From Octopus vulgaris (Eukaryota): a stretch of 64,000 nucleotides of DNA. This document shows positions 1 to 11,143 of the stretch, one piece after another (position 1 is the first letter of the stretch; each line of letters begins with the position of its first letter). Location of the stretch: NCBI GenBank assembly GCA_951406725.2, contig OX597823.1, positions 80,538,001-80,602,000 of the forward strand, written 5' to 3'. The notes beneath the pieces are model-generated. The model had not been told where the DNA came from. It saw nothing but the letters and a program-made list of their open reading frames with translations, and ran no database searches. The translations under genes and the position numbers were made by a program.

Positions 1-1586
1 AAATCTTTTTCAAAATTATTTCAGTTTTATTTTGCAGATATATAGGTGCTGTGTGTTGATGTGTATGTGTGCGCACCCACCAATTTCTTTTTTCTTTTAT
101 TTTTCACATCAAATTCCGATGTAATCGTAACCTACACCAAGACGAATTTATAGAAAATTTAATTTTTAAATAATCCAGAAAGTCGGTGTGGGGGGCAAAC
201 TTGTTAGGTGTGCCGTTTTGTTTTGGGGGTATTTTTTAGGATCACATTACTCACTGTCTCTTTACATTTCTTTAATTCAGAAAGTAGGGCGTGATTTAAA
301 AGATCCATTTAAGGTGTTATTTTAACTGCTATTTTTAGCCGGTTGAGCTATTACATAACGGATCCCTCTCGTTTTTGTTTTTTTAATATTTTAACGTTCA
401 ACATCCACGAAGTGAGCCTGTCCCAAAACTTTATAGGGATATTCTGTGTTCACTTCTATGACTAAGATAATGTTATTGAGAAAAAAGATCAGAATGAATG
501 TCACACAATCTTAATCTTCTATCTATGAATCTCATGCCTTGCTGCTAAGTTTAAAGAAAATTTATACAAAACCCACTCTATTTATAGCAACTTGTATTGT
601 ACATTTTACACGAGCCAACCATAGAGCCTCTACGCGGTCGTGCGACCTGTTAGAAATAGCAGCCAAATATCTCTTTTCTATTGTAACTCTAACATTCATA
701 TACCGTGGGTTCATAAAATAGTTTGTTTATTAAATATATATGTTCATTAATTTTGAGGATCTTTTCTTTTTGAAGGCCAGATTTCAACACAATTTCTAGT
801 TAACTAAACACTTTAAAACTTCGTATACTGGTAGAATGAGTCAAAAGAAAACAATTTGGATTCCTAATATTGTCACAAAATTTGTGGGAGCGTACGACTG
901 ATTAGATAAGTATTTAATTTATAAACCCCAGAGGAATATAATGTAAAATAGAGCCCAGGATTTAAAGTAACATATGAAAAAACATAGCATGGGGTATTTA
1001 ATTTGAGGTTCAACAATTTTTGTTACCTAACTACGTAATTAAATGTTACGGTCCTTCCAGCAATTATGCTAATTATGAACCAAAAAATAAAATTTATATT
1101 TTCGGCTTCTGCAATACTTATTTCAGTATCTCCTACAAGTGCAGTTAACATCACTTTCACTTCTCATTTTCACCCTTTTTTCATCTCTATCATACGCTTA
1201 TCTTTTTATTCTAATTTTAATTCCCCAATGTATTGTAATGTCCCCTCTATGTAAAACCTTTATGGTTAATAATATAATAAAAAATCAGTATCTCCTCTAA
1301 GTATGGTTTTCATATTCAACATTGAAAGTATTTGATTCTTGCTTTGTAGAGAGATATTTAATGAAATATGCGAAAAAATTAGGAAAATGTGAAGAACTGA
1401 GGTTTATAAAGTTTTATTGAGGGTGTCTTCACCGCTTCTCGCAGTTTAAGAGCTTCTTTTTTAAATGGTAATAAATTTTAGCCAACGCTTTTTGAGTTTA
1501 AAGGGTTAAAGCTGAATCAGTTTGTTATGGGTTATTGACTGTAAATCTGTCACTGCTTCTAGACGTAACGACCTTTTCAGACACAT

Positions 1587-1672
1587 ATATATCTCCGGCT
1601 GACGTTTACGAATTCATAAGTGAATGTGAGGATTACTCAGAAGCAATTCAAACTCTGGAGGGAGTACTTGAA
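1587..1672 (+). mobile_element. Possible Ty3/gypsy gag fragment
   Basis: Translates ISPADVYEFISECEDYSEAIQTLEGVL, resembling gag N-termini of invertebrate gypsy elements (from memory); no flanking ORF. Confidence 0.35.
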
Positions 1673-2099
1673 ACCTTATAATAAGCTTTTAAACTTTGAT
1701 ATTTGAGTTTGAGTTTATAACAGGTACGATTTTGAATACCTACCTAGTTGTGAGTAACTGCCTTGAGAGACAAAGAAAGACAAAGGAGTAAACTTGATCA
1801 TCCAGAATAGAGCTACGATGGAAGTCGACAATCTCTAAGCAAATCTTGTAGCCACTTTGGATACAAGTACCATTTTATTGTTCAGCACTTCTTTGCACAT
1901 CAACAATGTTGAGAAGGAAATGCCTATGTCTGGACCACTCGGCATCTCTCTGCATTCGGCCCACTCGTTCGTTGGCGAGGTCACTTTTGTACACTGTGAA
2001 AAGCTGAGCAACAACACATCATCATCAACCCTTGGACATTGCTAGAGTCCTAAGACTTATAGCCTGGTTTCCATTGAAACCAGAATTACAATAAGACTT

Positions 2100-2290
2100 A
2101 TAGCTTGTTTTCTAAGTGACCTGAATGGGTAGCAAGTCCGTTTGCAGGATTACTCATTTACTGCCGAATGGACTGGAGCAACATGAAATGAAATGTCTTG
2201 CACAAGAAGGCAACGCACCGCCCTGTCCGGGAATCGAAACCACGATTTTGCGATCGTGAGCGCAACACCCTAAGCACTGGGCCACGCGCG
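2100..2290 (-). mobile_element. tRNA-derived SINE (CORE-like body)
   Basis: Minus strand reads GTGGCCCAGTGCTTAGG (A box) ... GTTTCGATTCC (B box); related copies near 24890-25180, 34060-34315 and 56370-56690. Confidence 0.7.
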
Positions 2291-3239
2291 TACACAACTG
2301 TCGGCTTTGCCGCCACTCAAATTGTGACCGGCGCCATAACCCTCTTGAGATCGATGTAAGTCAAAAGAAAGAAGAAAAAGGGAAGTTTATTTTATTGAAA
2401 AGGTAATTTTCATTTATTATTACCGTCTGCATTTACCACACCAAACTAAAGTGACCTGGCTCTAAATAACAACAGTAATATTTCTGAATAAGTCCGGGCC
2501 GTTATTAATGAATGTTTATCCAGTTGCTAAGTACGAACTACATCTCAGTAATATTTGTGCTTGGCCACCCGTAAACCTCACACAAACAGAAGGAAGAAAA
2601 TAAGATTTTGTTTAAACTTCTGTATGCTCACTTATCTCCTAGGATATTAATTCACAACATTATCTCTTGAATAAAAAGAAGTGGAGAACTTTTTTTTTTT
2701 GTTTATCTTACCCCCAATAATTAATTTTTATCTTCCTCTTTAACTTCCTCCCGTCGTTATTATAACAGGGTGTAAACTTATTTCTTACCACTCGACAAAT
2801 TTTACACTTGCTTTGTGATAATGATGAAAGTGTGTGACTTAGTGGTTAGAGTGATCTTTCATAGCAATAGCATATCAAATATTGGTAAAACTGCATATCA
2901 AAGGTAGGATTTCTTTCTACTTAGAGTCTAGAACATACTTTGATTCTGATCAATTATCCACTAAAAAGCAAAATCTCGGCCTTCATTAAAGTACTACTTA
3001 TGTATTTGGGAAGCTCTTGTTACTCTACTTATAACATCCTGAAATGTGTCTAGACAATCTTGATAGTCAAATATTCCTACATCAGCTAATAAAAGTAAGT
3101 TTCAATGAAACTGTTTATTCCCGCCATTTGTTTTATTAATATTATATGACATGAAACCAGGATTACAATAAATTATCTCTAATAACGGATTGCAATACCC
3201 CCTCACACACACATACAATATATTATTATTATTACTATA

Positions 3240-3385
3240 TATTCCGCCGAAGTCGACTTAGCCTTTCATCTTATCGTAATCAATAAAATAAGTACCAGCT
3301 GAGAAAAGGGTCAATGTTATCGACTAGTCCCCTACACCAGACTTGATGGCCTTATGCCAAAATTTGAAACCATCATTATTATTAT
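3240..3385 (+). mobile_element. SINE family B, 5'-truncated, (ATT)n tail
   Basis: Shares gtcgactt-gcctttcatc...aataagtaccag body and ggccttatgccaaaatttgaaacc tail with the copy at 49598-49810. Confidence 0.65.
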
Positions 3386-3468
3386 TGAGTGAGAGAGCAA
3401 TGCATGTCATAAAAGTGACACTGGGGTACAAATATACGAAACCCAATATACCCATCATGGCTACCCGT

Positions 3469-3876
3469 CTGATACTGGTACACCAGGCACATGCATCACA
3501 ACGATATATGCGTAACATGGTAATCTCATCTCAAGATAAACACCGCATGACCTTGCAGGTGAAGCCCACTTAGACTTTTCTTCGGGTTAAGTAGCCTATC
3601 CCGCTCAAAAAACACCTGAATTAAGTTTGTTTCAGAACAATAAACGAAACACCTGGTGAATTATTCAAACCCCAAAGAATCCCTCTCAACAAATGGCTGC
3701 ATCATGATCAGAGTTGCACACATCGTCAGCCACTAGGAGACATACTCAAGTGGTTATGGTCAAACAACTGACAAGCAAATCTGTTGTACTGAGCAGAATA
3801 TTTGCTGTAGTCCAAAGACAAAGTACATGATAACGCATATATGGTTCTGATGCATGTGCCTGGTGTACCAGTATCA
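3469..3876. repeat. ~50 bp inverted repeat pair flanking a repeat remnant
   Basis: tgatactggtacaccaggcacatgcatca (~3470) is the reverse complement of tgatgcatgtgcctggtgtaccagtatca (~3848-3876). Confidence 0.75.
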
Positions 3877-3879
3877 ACA

Positions 3880-4094
3880 ACTCCAATATTCTTAATATGT
3901 CTTTCAAAGCCCTTGGAACTGCTCCTAATGCTCCAGTTACCACTGGTATCACCATTACTTTCCTATCTCATTCCACAGTGGATGGTATTTCTCAATCTTT
4001 TTTTGTTTCCTTACATTCCACCCTCAAATCACATGGTATTGCAACATGTATTATCTTTATTTCTTTTTCATTTCTATGGATTATTATTATTATT
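3880..4094 (-). mobile_element. R4/Dong-like non-LTR retrotransposon fragment (restriction-like endonuclease C-terminus)
   Basis: Minus strand, frameshifted: IIIHRNEKEIKIIHVAIPCDLRVECKE..IEKYHPL..EI..VIPVVTGALGAVP, matching the RLE IDVAIP..KE.EKY..VIPVV.GALG pattern. Confidence 0.7.
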
Positions 4095-5380
4095 CTTTCT
4101 TCTTGAGAGGACGGACGTGTCTAAAGCTGCGAAAGTTTATATATTTTTCGATATTTGTGTGGCCAAGCCAACTAACTTCTAGCGGAGCTAGTTGGCTCAG
4201 CAAAATTTAACCCTTAATGGGGTAAAATTTGCATTTTTGAACTTTGAAAACTGTTAAATGTATACACATTATTTCAGAAAACATGGCTATGAAGCGAACA
4301 GTCGGCTGAACGGTTCCAAACCGCCCATTTCGCACCTTAAAAGGCAACAAAGAATCGTCAAATGAACCTGCCAGCATGTGCAGCGTTCAGAATGAAAATG
4401 CAAAACAGGACATCACTTTTAACGTCATTGAGGATTTCCCTCCTCTTCCCTCCACCAATGCTCTGGTACCAGAGAGGGAGGAAGAGCAACCTATGAACAA
4501 CACAACCAACAAAGACACCACCACCAGCAACAACACTGAACAACATCATAACAATTTCGCCTCTGCTGCCAAGCAGGTCTCGGAAGAAATAAAAGTTACA
4601 ATGCAGGAAATCAAAACGGCCAAATGTTTATTGAAAAAACAAGGCAACCAAATTTACCTCAATACACCACAAGAACTCATAAAATAGACAAACAGAAAAA
4701 CAATAATTTACAAAATTTTCGAAAGAAAATACAGAAGAATAACTAACGCCACACCACAACAACTGGAAATAGCTCTGAAGCCCATTTGGGGTCAAAAGAG
4801 CTATGTGACCTAGGGGAAGCGGTTTGGAACTGTGGAGGTTTGTTTCCCAACGGAGGAGGATGCAAGGAGACATGCCTCTTCGCCCTTGCAAACCTAAAGT
4901 TTGGTGGCAGCTGTCCTCTATGACATAGAGGACACTGCCACTATTCTGGATGTACGCAGATTAAGGGAGAAGAACTGGTCTGGTATGGCACAGATCCAGC
5001 AAGAAAATATAAATTCAATTCCCGATTCCATAAATTTGCTGGACGGCACCAGATTGCACGTTGCTGTAGAGGGGCGAAGGCCAAAGTGCTACCTCTGCAG
5101 CAGCGAAAGCCATCTGAAAAAAAGACTGCCCCATTTACAAGCAAAGAATGAAGGCACAGAAAAAAAGAAACAGCAGCAGCAACAACAACAACAGCCGGAA
5201 ACACCAAAATTTGCCACAACACCATCACCACCACCACCACGAAGAGCAACACCACTTCCAGTCACCACCAAACCAACACCAAGAAGGACCAAGCAGAAGG
5301 AAGCACCAACACTGTCACCAACAACTACAGCAACAGCACCATTTCCCACAAACAATAATGATTTTTGACAAAGAATTAAT
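4095..5380 (+). mobile_element. Tx1-like element unit 1 (5' UTR + partial degenerate ORF1, no ORF2)
   Basis: Same 5' motifs as unit 2; ORF1 ATG 4283 with stops and deletions; RPKCYLCSSESHLK knuckle; ends aagaattaa(tta)n. Confidence 0.85.
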
Positions 5381-5629
5381 TATTATTATTATTATTATTA
5401 TTTCTTCCAACGCTGATGGACGTGTATCCGGAGGCTCTGTGATTTTTGCACCAATTTCATTGGAAATTTATTGATAAGTCTTAATATTTTTTAATATTTT
5501 TGTAGCCAAGCCGACTAGCTCTTTGCAGAGCTGGTTGGTTAGGCAAAATTTTGCCCCATTCGGGGTGAAATTACGTTTTGAAATTTTGAACATTTGAACA
5601 TTTAAACATTTTGAAAATTACAAAAAAAC

Positions 5630-7420
5630 ATGGCTATGAAGCGAACAGTTGGCTGTTCCTTCCTTCCAAATACATTCCCTCCGCAAACACACACAACTCG
5701 TCCAAAACACCCACTTCACGCCTTAAAAGGCAACAAAGATCCTCCTTCCGAACCGGAGAGCACGCGCTCCGTTCAAAAGGAGAATACAAGCCAGGACGTC
5801 GCGTTCGACATAATTCCCGATTTTCCCCCTCTGCCTTCACCCAATGCTTTGGTACAGAAGGAGGAAGAAGGAAAAACAATTACCAAAATTATTACAAACA
5901 TGAACACAGAGAAAAATGAAAAAACTTCCAACGATTTTGCTTCTGCTGCGAAGCAAATTTCGGATGAAGTTAAGATCACTTTAGAAGACATAAAAAAAGC
6001 GAAGGAATTATTGAGGAAGGATGGCAACAGCATCTTCCTCAATACTCCACAAGATGTAATTGACAACACCAACAGGAAAACAATTACATACAGAGTTTTC
6101 GATAGAAAACTGAAAAAAATGACAAACGCCACACCCCAACAGTTAGAGATAGCTCTAAAGCCCATTTGGGCCCAAAAGAGCTATGTAACCAAGGGGAAGC
6201 GTTTCGGAACCGTGGAGGTTCGCTTCCCAACAGAGGAGCAAGCAAGGGCAAACGCCATTTCGCCCTTGCAAACTGAGAGTTTGTTACTCGTCCCAACCCA
6301 CCTCGGGCGAAGAGTGACAAAAATAAAGATTGACCTTGCCCCCCCTGAACTAGATATGTCATGGCTGGTGGCAGCTGTCCTCTGTGATATAGAGGACACT
6401 ACCACCATTCTGGATGTCAGGAGAGTGAGGGAGAAAAACTGGTTGGGGATGGGAGTGCTGCTTCTTGCTCAAATTCAGCAAGAAAATATCAGCAAGGTCC
6501 CAGATTTTGTGAGTTAGCCGGACGGCACCAGGCTAAACGTTGCTGTAGAGTGGCGAAAGCCAAAATGTTTCCTCTGCAGCAGCGAAAGCCACTTAAAGAG
6601 GGACTGCCCCATTCAAAAAAAGAGAATGGAGGCTTACAGCAAGAGGCAGCAACAACAACAACAACAGAAACAACACGAAACACCAAAAGCTGCCACACCA
6701 CCAACACCATCACCAGCACCAAGACGAACAACACCACCTCCAACAACAACAACCACCAAACCAACACCGACACCAGTACCTCGAAGGTCGACAGCAGCAA
6801 CATCAACAGCAACAGGAGCAGCGGCACCACCGATACCGGCGGAACCAACAACCTTTCGTCCTGCTGCTGAAGCAGACCGCTCAACCATTCCTTTGCCGGA
6901 TGAAGAGTACTCGGATTGTGCGAGCTCTGATTCCAACAAAGGAGAATGGAGCACAGTGCCTCCAAAAAAGAAAAGGAGGAAAAAACAAAAAGATATACAG
7001 GGGAAGCACGAACAAATAGTGCTTCCAAACATCAACAACAACATCAACGACAACACACATTCACAACAACAAACAACAACACTTTCGACACCACTACTGC
7101 CATTGCCACTGCCACAGACACAAACCCACACAGACACAATTACAGCAATAAATACAAAAAACCAAGAACTGGTTGAGTATTTGAAAGACAAAACAAGCAC
7201 AAATATAACGGATTTCGTTATACCAACACAAAACACACCACCAGCACACATTCTCACAATAAAAATAAACAAAACAACATATAATGAAATCAAACAAAAT
7301 TTCCCTAACGATGTGGGATCGTTAGGGAAAAGTTTCTCTAAGAAACTATATAAAAATATTGTGGAAGAACCCATGCAAAAGCACAAGGGAGCCACCCCCA
7401 CCACCAACAACAGTAAGTAG
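5630..7420 (+). pseudogene. Tx1-like ORF1 (RRM-like region, CX2CX4HX4C knuckle, Q/P/T-rich linker, PPKKKRRKK basic patch)
   Basis: ORFs 5630-6517 and 6626-7420 are in the same frame, split by one TAG at 6515-6517 (other copies encode L in NLPDG); KCFLCSSESHLKRDC knuckle near 6565-6607. Confidence 0.88.
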
Positions 7421-7457
7421 AGCCTTTTTTCTCCTTTTTTTCCCTAACTTTTGAAAC

Positions 7458-10400
7458 ATGGCAAATCTTAGAATCGGTTGCTTGAATGTGAGAGGCCTCG
7501 GGTCACCTGTTAAACGACCTGAGGTTTCATGATGTGGATGTAGCAGCCATCAGTGAAACCAGGCTCTCCGACCCGCAGGAACTCGCAGCCCTTTTCGGCG
7601 GATACGAGATATTTCTATCTCCGTGTCGGCCGGGAGCGGGCGGTGGTAGTACTGCGGTGTTGTTTCGGAAGGGCCTGGACTTGAAAATAAGGACAGTCTT
7701 CTTGGATCCGGAAGGTAAGTTGGTGGTCCTTGACGTGGACGGTAGTGACGGCGGTGCTTTCAGACTGCTGGCTGCCTACGCTCCGACAGGAGCAGGGCAG
7801 TCGGATTATTTAAAACGTCTGGAAGTTTTCCTGGGAACGTCACACACTCTAGTGCTAGTTGGGGATTGGAATGCTGTCTTAGACGAAAGTTTCGATCGGG
7901 TGGGCAGGGGAGCGTCTGATAGGAGAGGGGGAGGGTGCAAGATCCTCGCCAACCTACTCGGCCGCTTTCAGCTGTCCGACAGGTTTCGACTAGACAACCT
8001 GAATGTGCCAATGTGGACTTGGACCAACCGCATCGGGTCGTCTAGATCGTACTTAGATAGAGTGTTTTGTAGGCCAGCGGATAAGGACAGCGTAGGGTGT
8101 CCACAATTCCACCTAGTCGAATATACGGACCACAAATTAGTGATCTGTACGGTCGACTTAGATAGGCTACATAGACAGGGACCCGGCTACTGGAAGCTGA
8201 ACGCGTCGTTAACGACGTGCAAAGCTTACAGAGACCGGATTAGTTTACTAGTTAAGCGGGTGCTCACGGGGGCAATCATCAACAACAACTGGTGGTTTGC
8301 CCTCAAGAGAGCAATTAGAGTAGAGTTGATTAGGTATAGTAAGACTCTAGCTATTGAACGTAAGAAGAGAGAGCGGGATTTAGTTAAGAAACTAGACGAG
8401 GCTCTTGACACTGGCATCGCGACCGACGTATTGGTGGCAAGGTTGGCCCTCGACCAACACTTCGACGCCAAACACGAAGGCTGCGTTGTCAGAGCTAAGG
8501 CACGTTCGCTAAGCGGGGAGGGGACTAGAGCCGCTTGATGGGCCCGCGTGGCGGAGGCGAAGCGAGGCAACAAAGCAACCATTCGGTCTTTGGTGGACTA
8601 GAACGGGCGCGAGGTTACCGAACCGAAGCAGATGTGTACGGTGTTTCAGCGGCGCTTTGCTCAACTGTTTGAGATGAGCGGTGGAACGGACAACGGTGCA
8701 GACTTCGGTGTGTACCTGGACAGCCTACCGCAACTCTCGGACAGCGAGGCAGAGTGCTGCAAAGGACCGATATCTGCCTGGGAAGTGGAGGAAGCGATGA
8801 AGAGTTGCACGAGAGGTAGATCGCCGGGTTTGGATGGTCTGCCCTACGAGCTTTACGTTTCAATGCCAGACTTGTTTGCGGGCCTGTTGGCAAACGTCTA
8901 CTGCAACTGGCAGCAAAACGGGAGAATTCCTGCTTTTGTCTGTCGAGGGGTGGTGGCTTTGCTGAAGAAGGACCCAAACAAGGGGGACGTTATAGGGAAT
9001 TTCCGGCCCATCACTCTGCTCAATGCAGAGTTGAAGATTTTGGCCAAGGTGCTAGCCAAGAGATTGGCGCTTGTCGTGGACAAGCTGGTCGGCGGGACGC
9101 AGACATGCGCCGTGCCGACCAGGTCGATACACGACAACCTCCATCTCATGCGCTACATCATAGAGAAGGTGGGTAACGACGCTGGCGCGGGTGGGGCTTT
9201 GATCAACTTAGATCAGAGTAAAGCCTTCGATAGGGTCGACCATCGGTACCTGGCAGCTGTTCTCAAGGCAGCCGGCTTCGGTCCAGTGTTCCGCGGGTGG
9301 ATAGCTGCTTTATACAGCAACAGCTGCTCGGTGATACGGGTGAATGGTCACCTTTCGGAACCGTTCAACATCTCGCATTCAGTCCGCCAAGGATGCCCTC
9401 TCTCCTCCCTCTGGTACATATTGTCTCTCGAGCCATTACTGCACAAGTTGGAGGCTTTGAGGGGTATCCCGCGCGATCTAGTAGACGGAAACAGCGTGTC
9501 TGCCTATGCTGACGACGTCACCGTGAGGGTGTCTAGCCACAGGCACATTGGCCTGATTGGCGAGACACTAAACGAGTATGAAGCGGTGACAGGGGCAAAG
9601 ATTAACGCGGAAAAGTCTGTGGGCTTGCAACTGGTCACCTGGAGAGGCAAACCCATGCCGTCCAACAGCGTCGTAGGGCGCTGGACAGACGGACCCATTA
9701 AACTGCTCGGGGTCTGGTTCAGTCCGGACCTCCAGGTGGATAAAAACTGGGAAGAGGTGACGAGCAGGGTGGCACGTCTCACCCAGAAATGGGCCGAGAG
9801 GAAGCTGTCCCTGAAAGGTCGAGCAGAGGTGGCGAATGCGTACATCGCATCCGTCATCTATTACCGCTTGACCGTCGTCCCTTGTCCCGACTGCTGGTTG
9901 GCCAAGCTGTTACGCCTGCTCTTCGACTTTTTGTGGAAGGGTCAGGTGCCACTGGTCAGGCGATCCATCTGCTGTCAATGACCGCTGAACGGAGGCCTTG
10001 GAATGCCGTGGTTGCTGATGCGCTCAGGCTGCGACATCTCAAGCGTTTCCTAGATGGTGAACAGGTGTGGTCGTCTTTTGTCAGACGCGATTTTCCGCAG
10101 CTAGTCTCTTTGACAGAGCTGCAGACCTGGATCAAACGTAGACTGAGAAAGGGCGCTTGACACCTCGAGTGCCGTCAAGCTCCTTCCACCAGGCGGGCAA
10201 TGCGATCGGTTACAGCTCCACTCTAGCGTTCTATAGAGGGTTAGTGGAGGAAAAATGCGACGACGTTCTTGGGGAAACTCTAGGCGTTGACTTTAACGAA
10301 CTGAGCGGTCTGTTCGGAAGGACTTTCGGGCCGGGGCCGATGGATAATTTCCAGAGGTCGCTCGCCTGGCAGTGGTACCGAGGGGCTCTGCCTGTTCGAG

Positions 10401-10855
10401 ATAAACTCTACCGGCACGGAAGTGCCGTTGGCCGGGCCTGCCCGAGGTGTTGCCAGGACGACGAAACCGTTCTGCACGCACTCGTCCAGTGCCCAAGTAT
10501 TGCTGAAATATGGGTTTATGTTGAACAACTACTGTCACATGTAGGACAGATCCGACTATCGGCCGAATCCATAGTGAAGATTGCCCCGCCGACCTCCTTT
10601 AACAAGGAGGGCGAGGCCGTTTTCTTGTGCCTAGTGGCTGTGGCGAAAGAGGTGGTGTGGTGGACTCGTTTGAAAGGGCTAAAGTCAGACACTTTCCTCT
10701 TTGGTCAAGGCCTCATCAACTTTTTCAAGTTTTGCTTGAAAAGGAAGATGAGGTTAGAGAGGAAAGTGCTGTCCGATAGCAAGTTTTATGAAAGGTGGGT
10801 AAATTGTGCGAGACTGGCCAGTATAAATGGACCAGTTCTCAGGTTTCGCCTGTGA
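7458..10855 (+). pseudogene. Tx1-like ORF2: AP endonuclease + reverse transcriptase + C-terminal zinc finger
   Basis: MANLRIGCLNVRGL start; SET, YAP, GDWN, YLDRVF and TDH APE motifs; SPGLDG, FRPITLLN, DQSKAFD, VRQGCPLS and YADD RT motifs; CPRC..ETVLHALVQC; frameshift ~7515, stops at 8536, ~8598 and 9979, further frameshifts ~10020-10190. Confidence 0.95.
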
Positions 10856-11143
10856 TTTCAAAAGGGTAATATAAAAGGAGAAAAAAGGGACTCTCTACAC
10901 CCCTTTTTTGACCAGGCTCCCGTTGGCTTTTATAGGGTTTTTTCCACCAGGAACCTTTCATAACGCCTCCCCCTTTTGGGAGTTTTTCATTGTTAATGTT
11001 TTAAATGTTATAAAGTTTTTACTCGGATTTTTCAAAAACGGACAAAACCCTTTGTAACCTTTCGTCCTGTTTTGTCGTTTTATGTAATCATGTATGTTAG
11101 CCCTTGTGGCCAATAAAAAGAATAAATTATTATTATTATTATT

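Larger units (their letters stand above)
5401..11127 (+). mobile_element. Tx1-like (L1 clade) non-LTR retrotransposon unit 2, full length, inactivated
   Basis: 5' UTR, ORF1, 37-bp spacer, APE-RT-ZnF ORF2, 3' UTR ending cccttgtggccAATAAAaagaa, (TTA)n on both sides. Confidence 0.93.

Noticed and set aside
1835-2045. Overlapping short ORFs on both strands
   Set aside because: No recognisable domain and no convincing splice partners
4941-7410. Long antisense ORFs rich in V/C/G (e.g. 6634-7410)
   Set aside because: Shadow frames of the (CAA/CCA)-rich ORF1 sense strand
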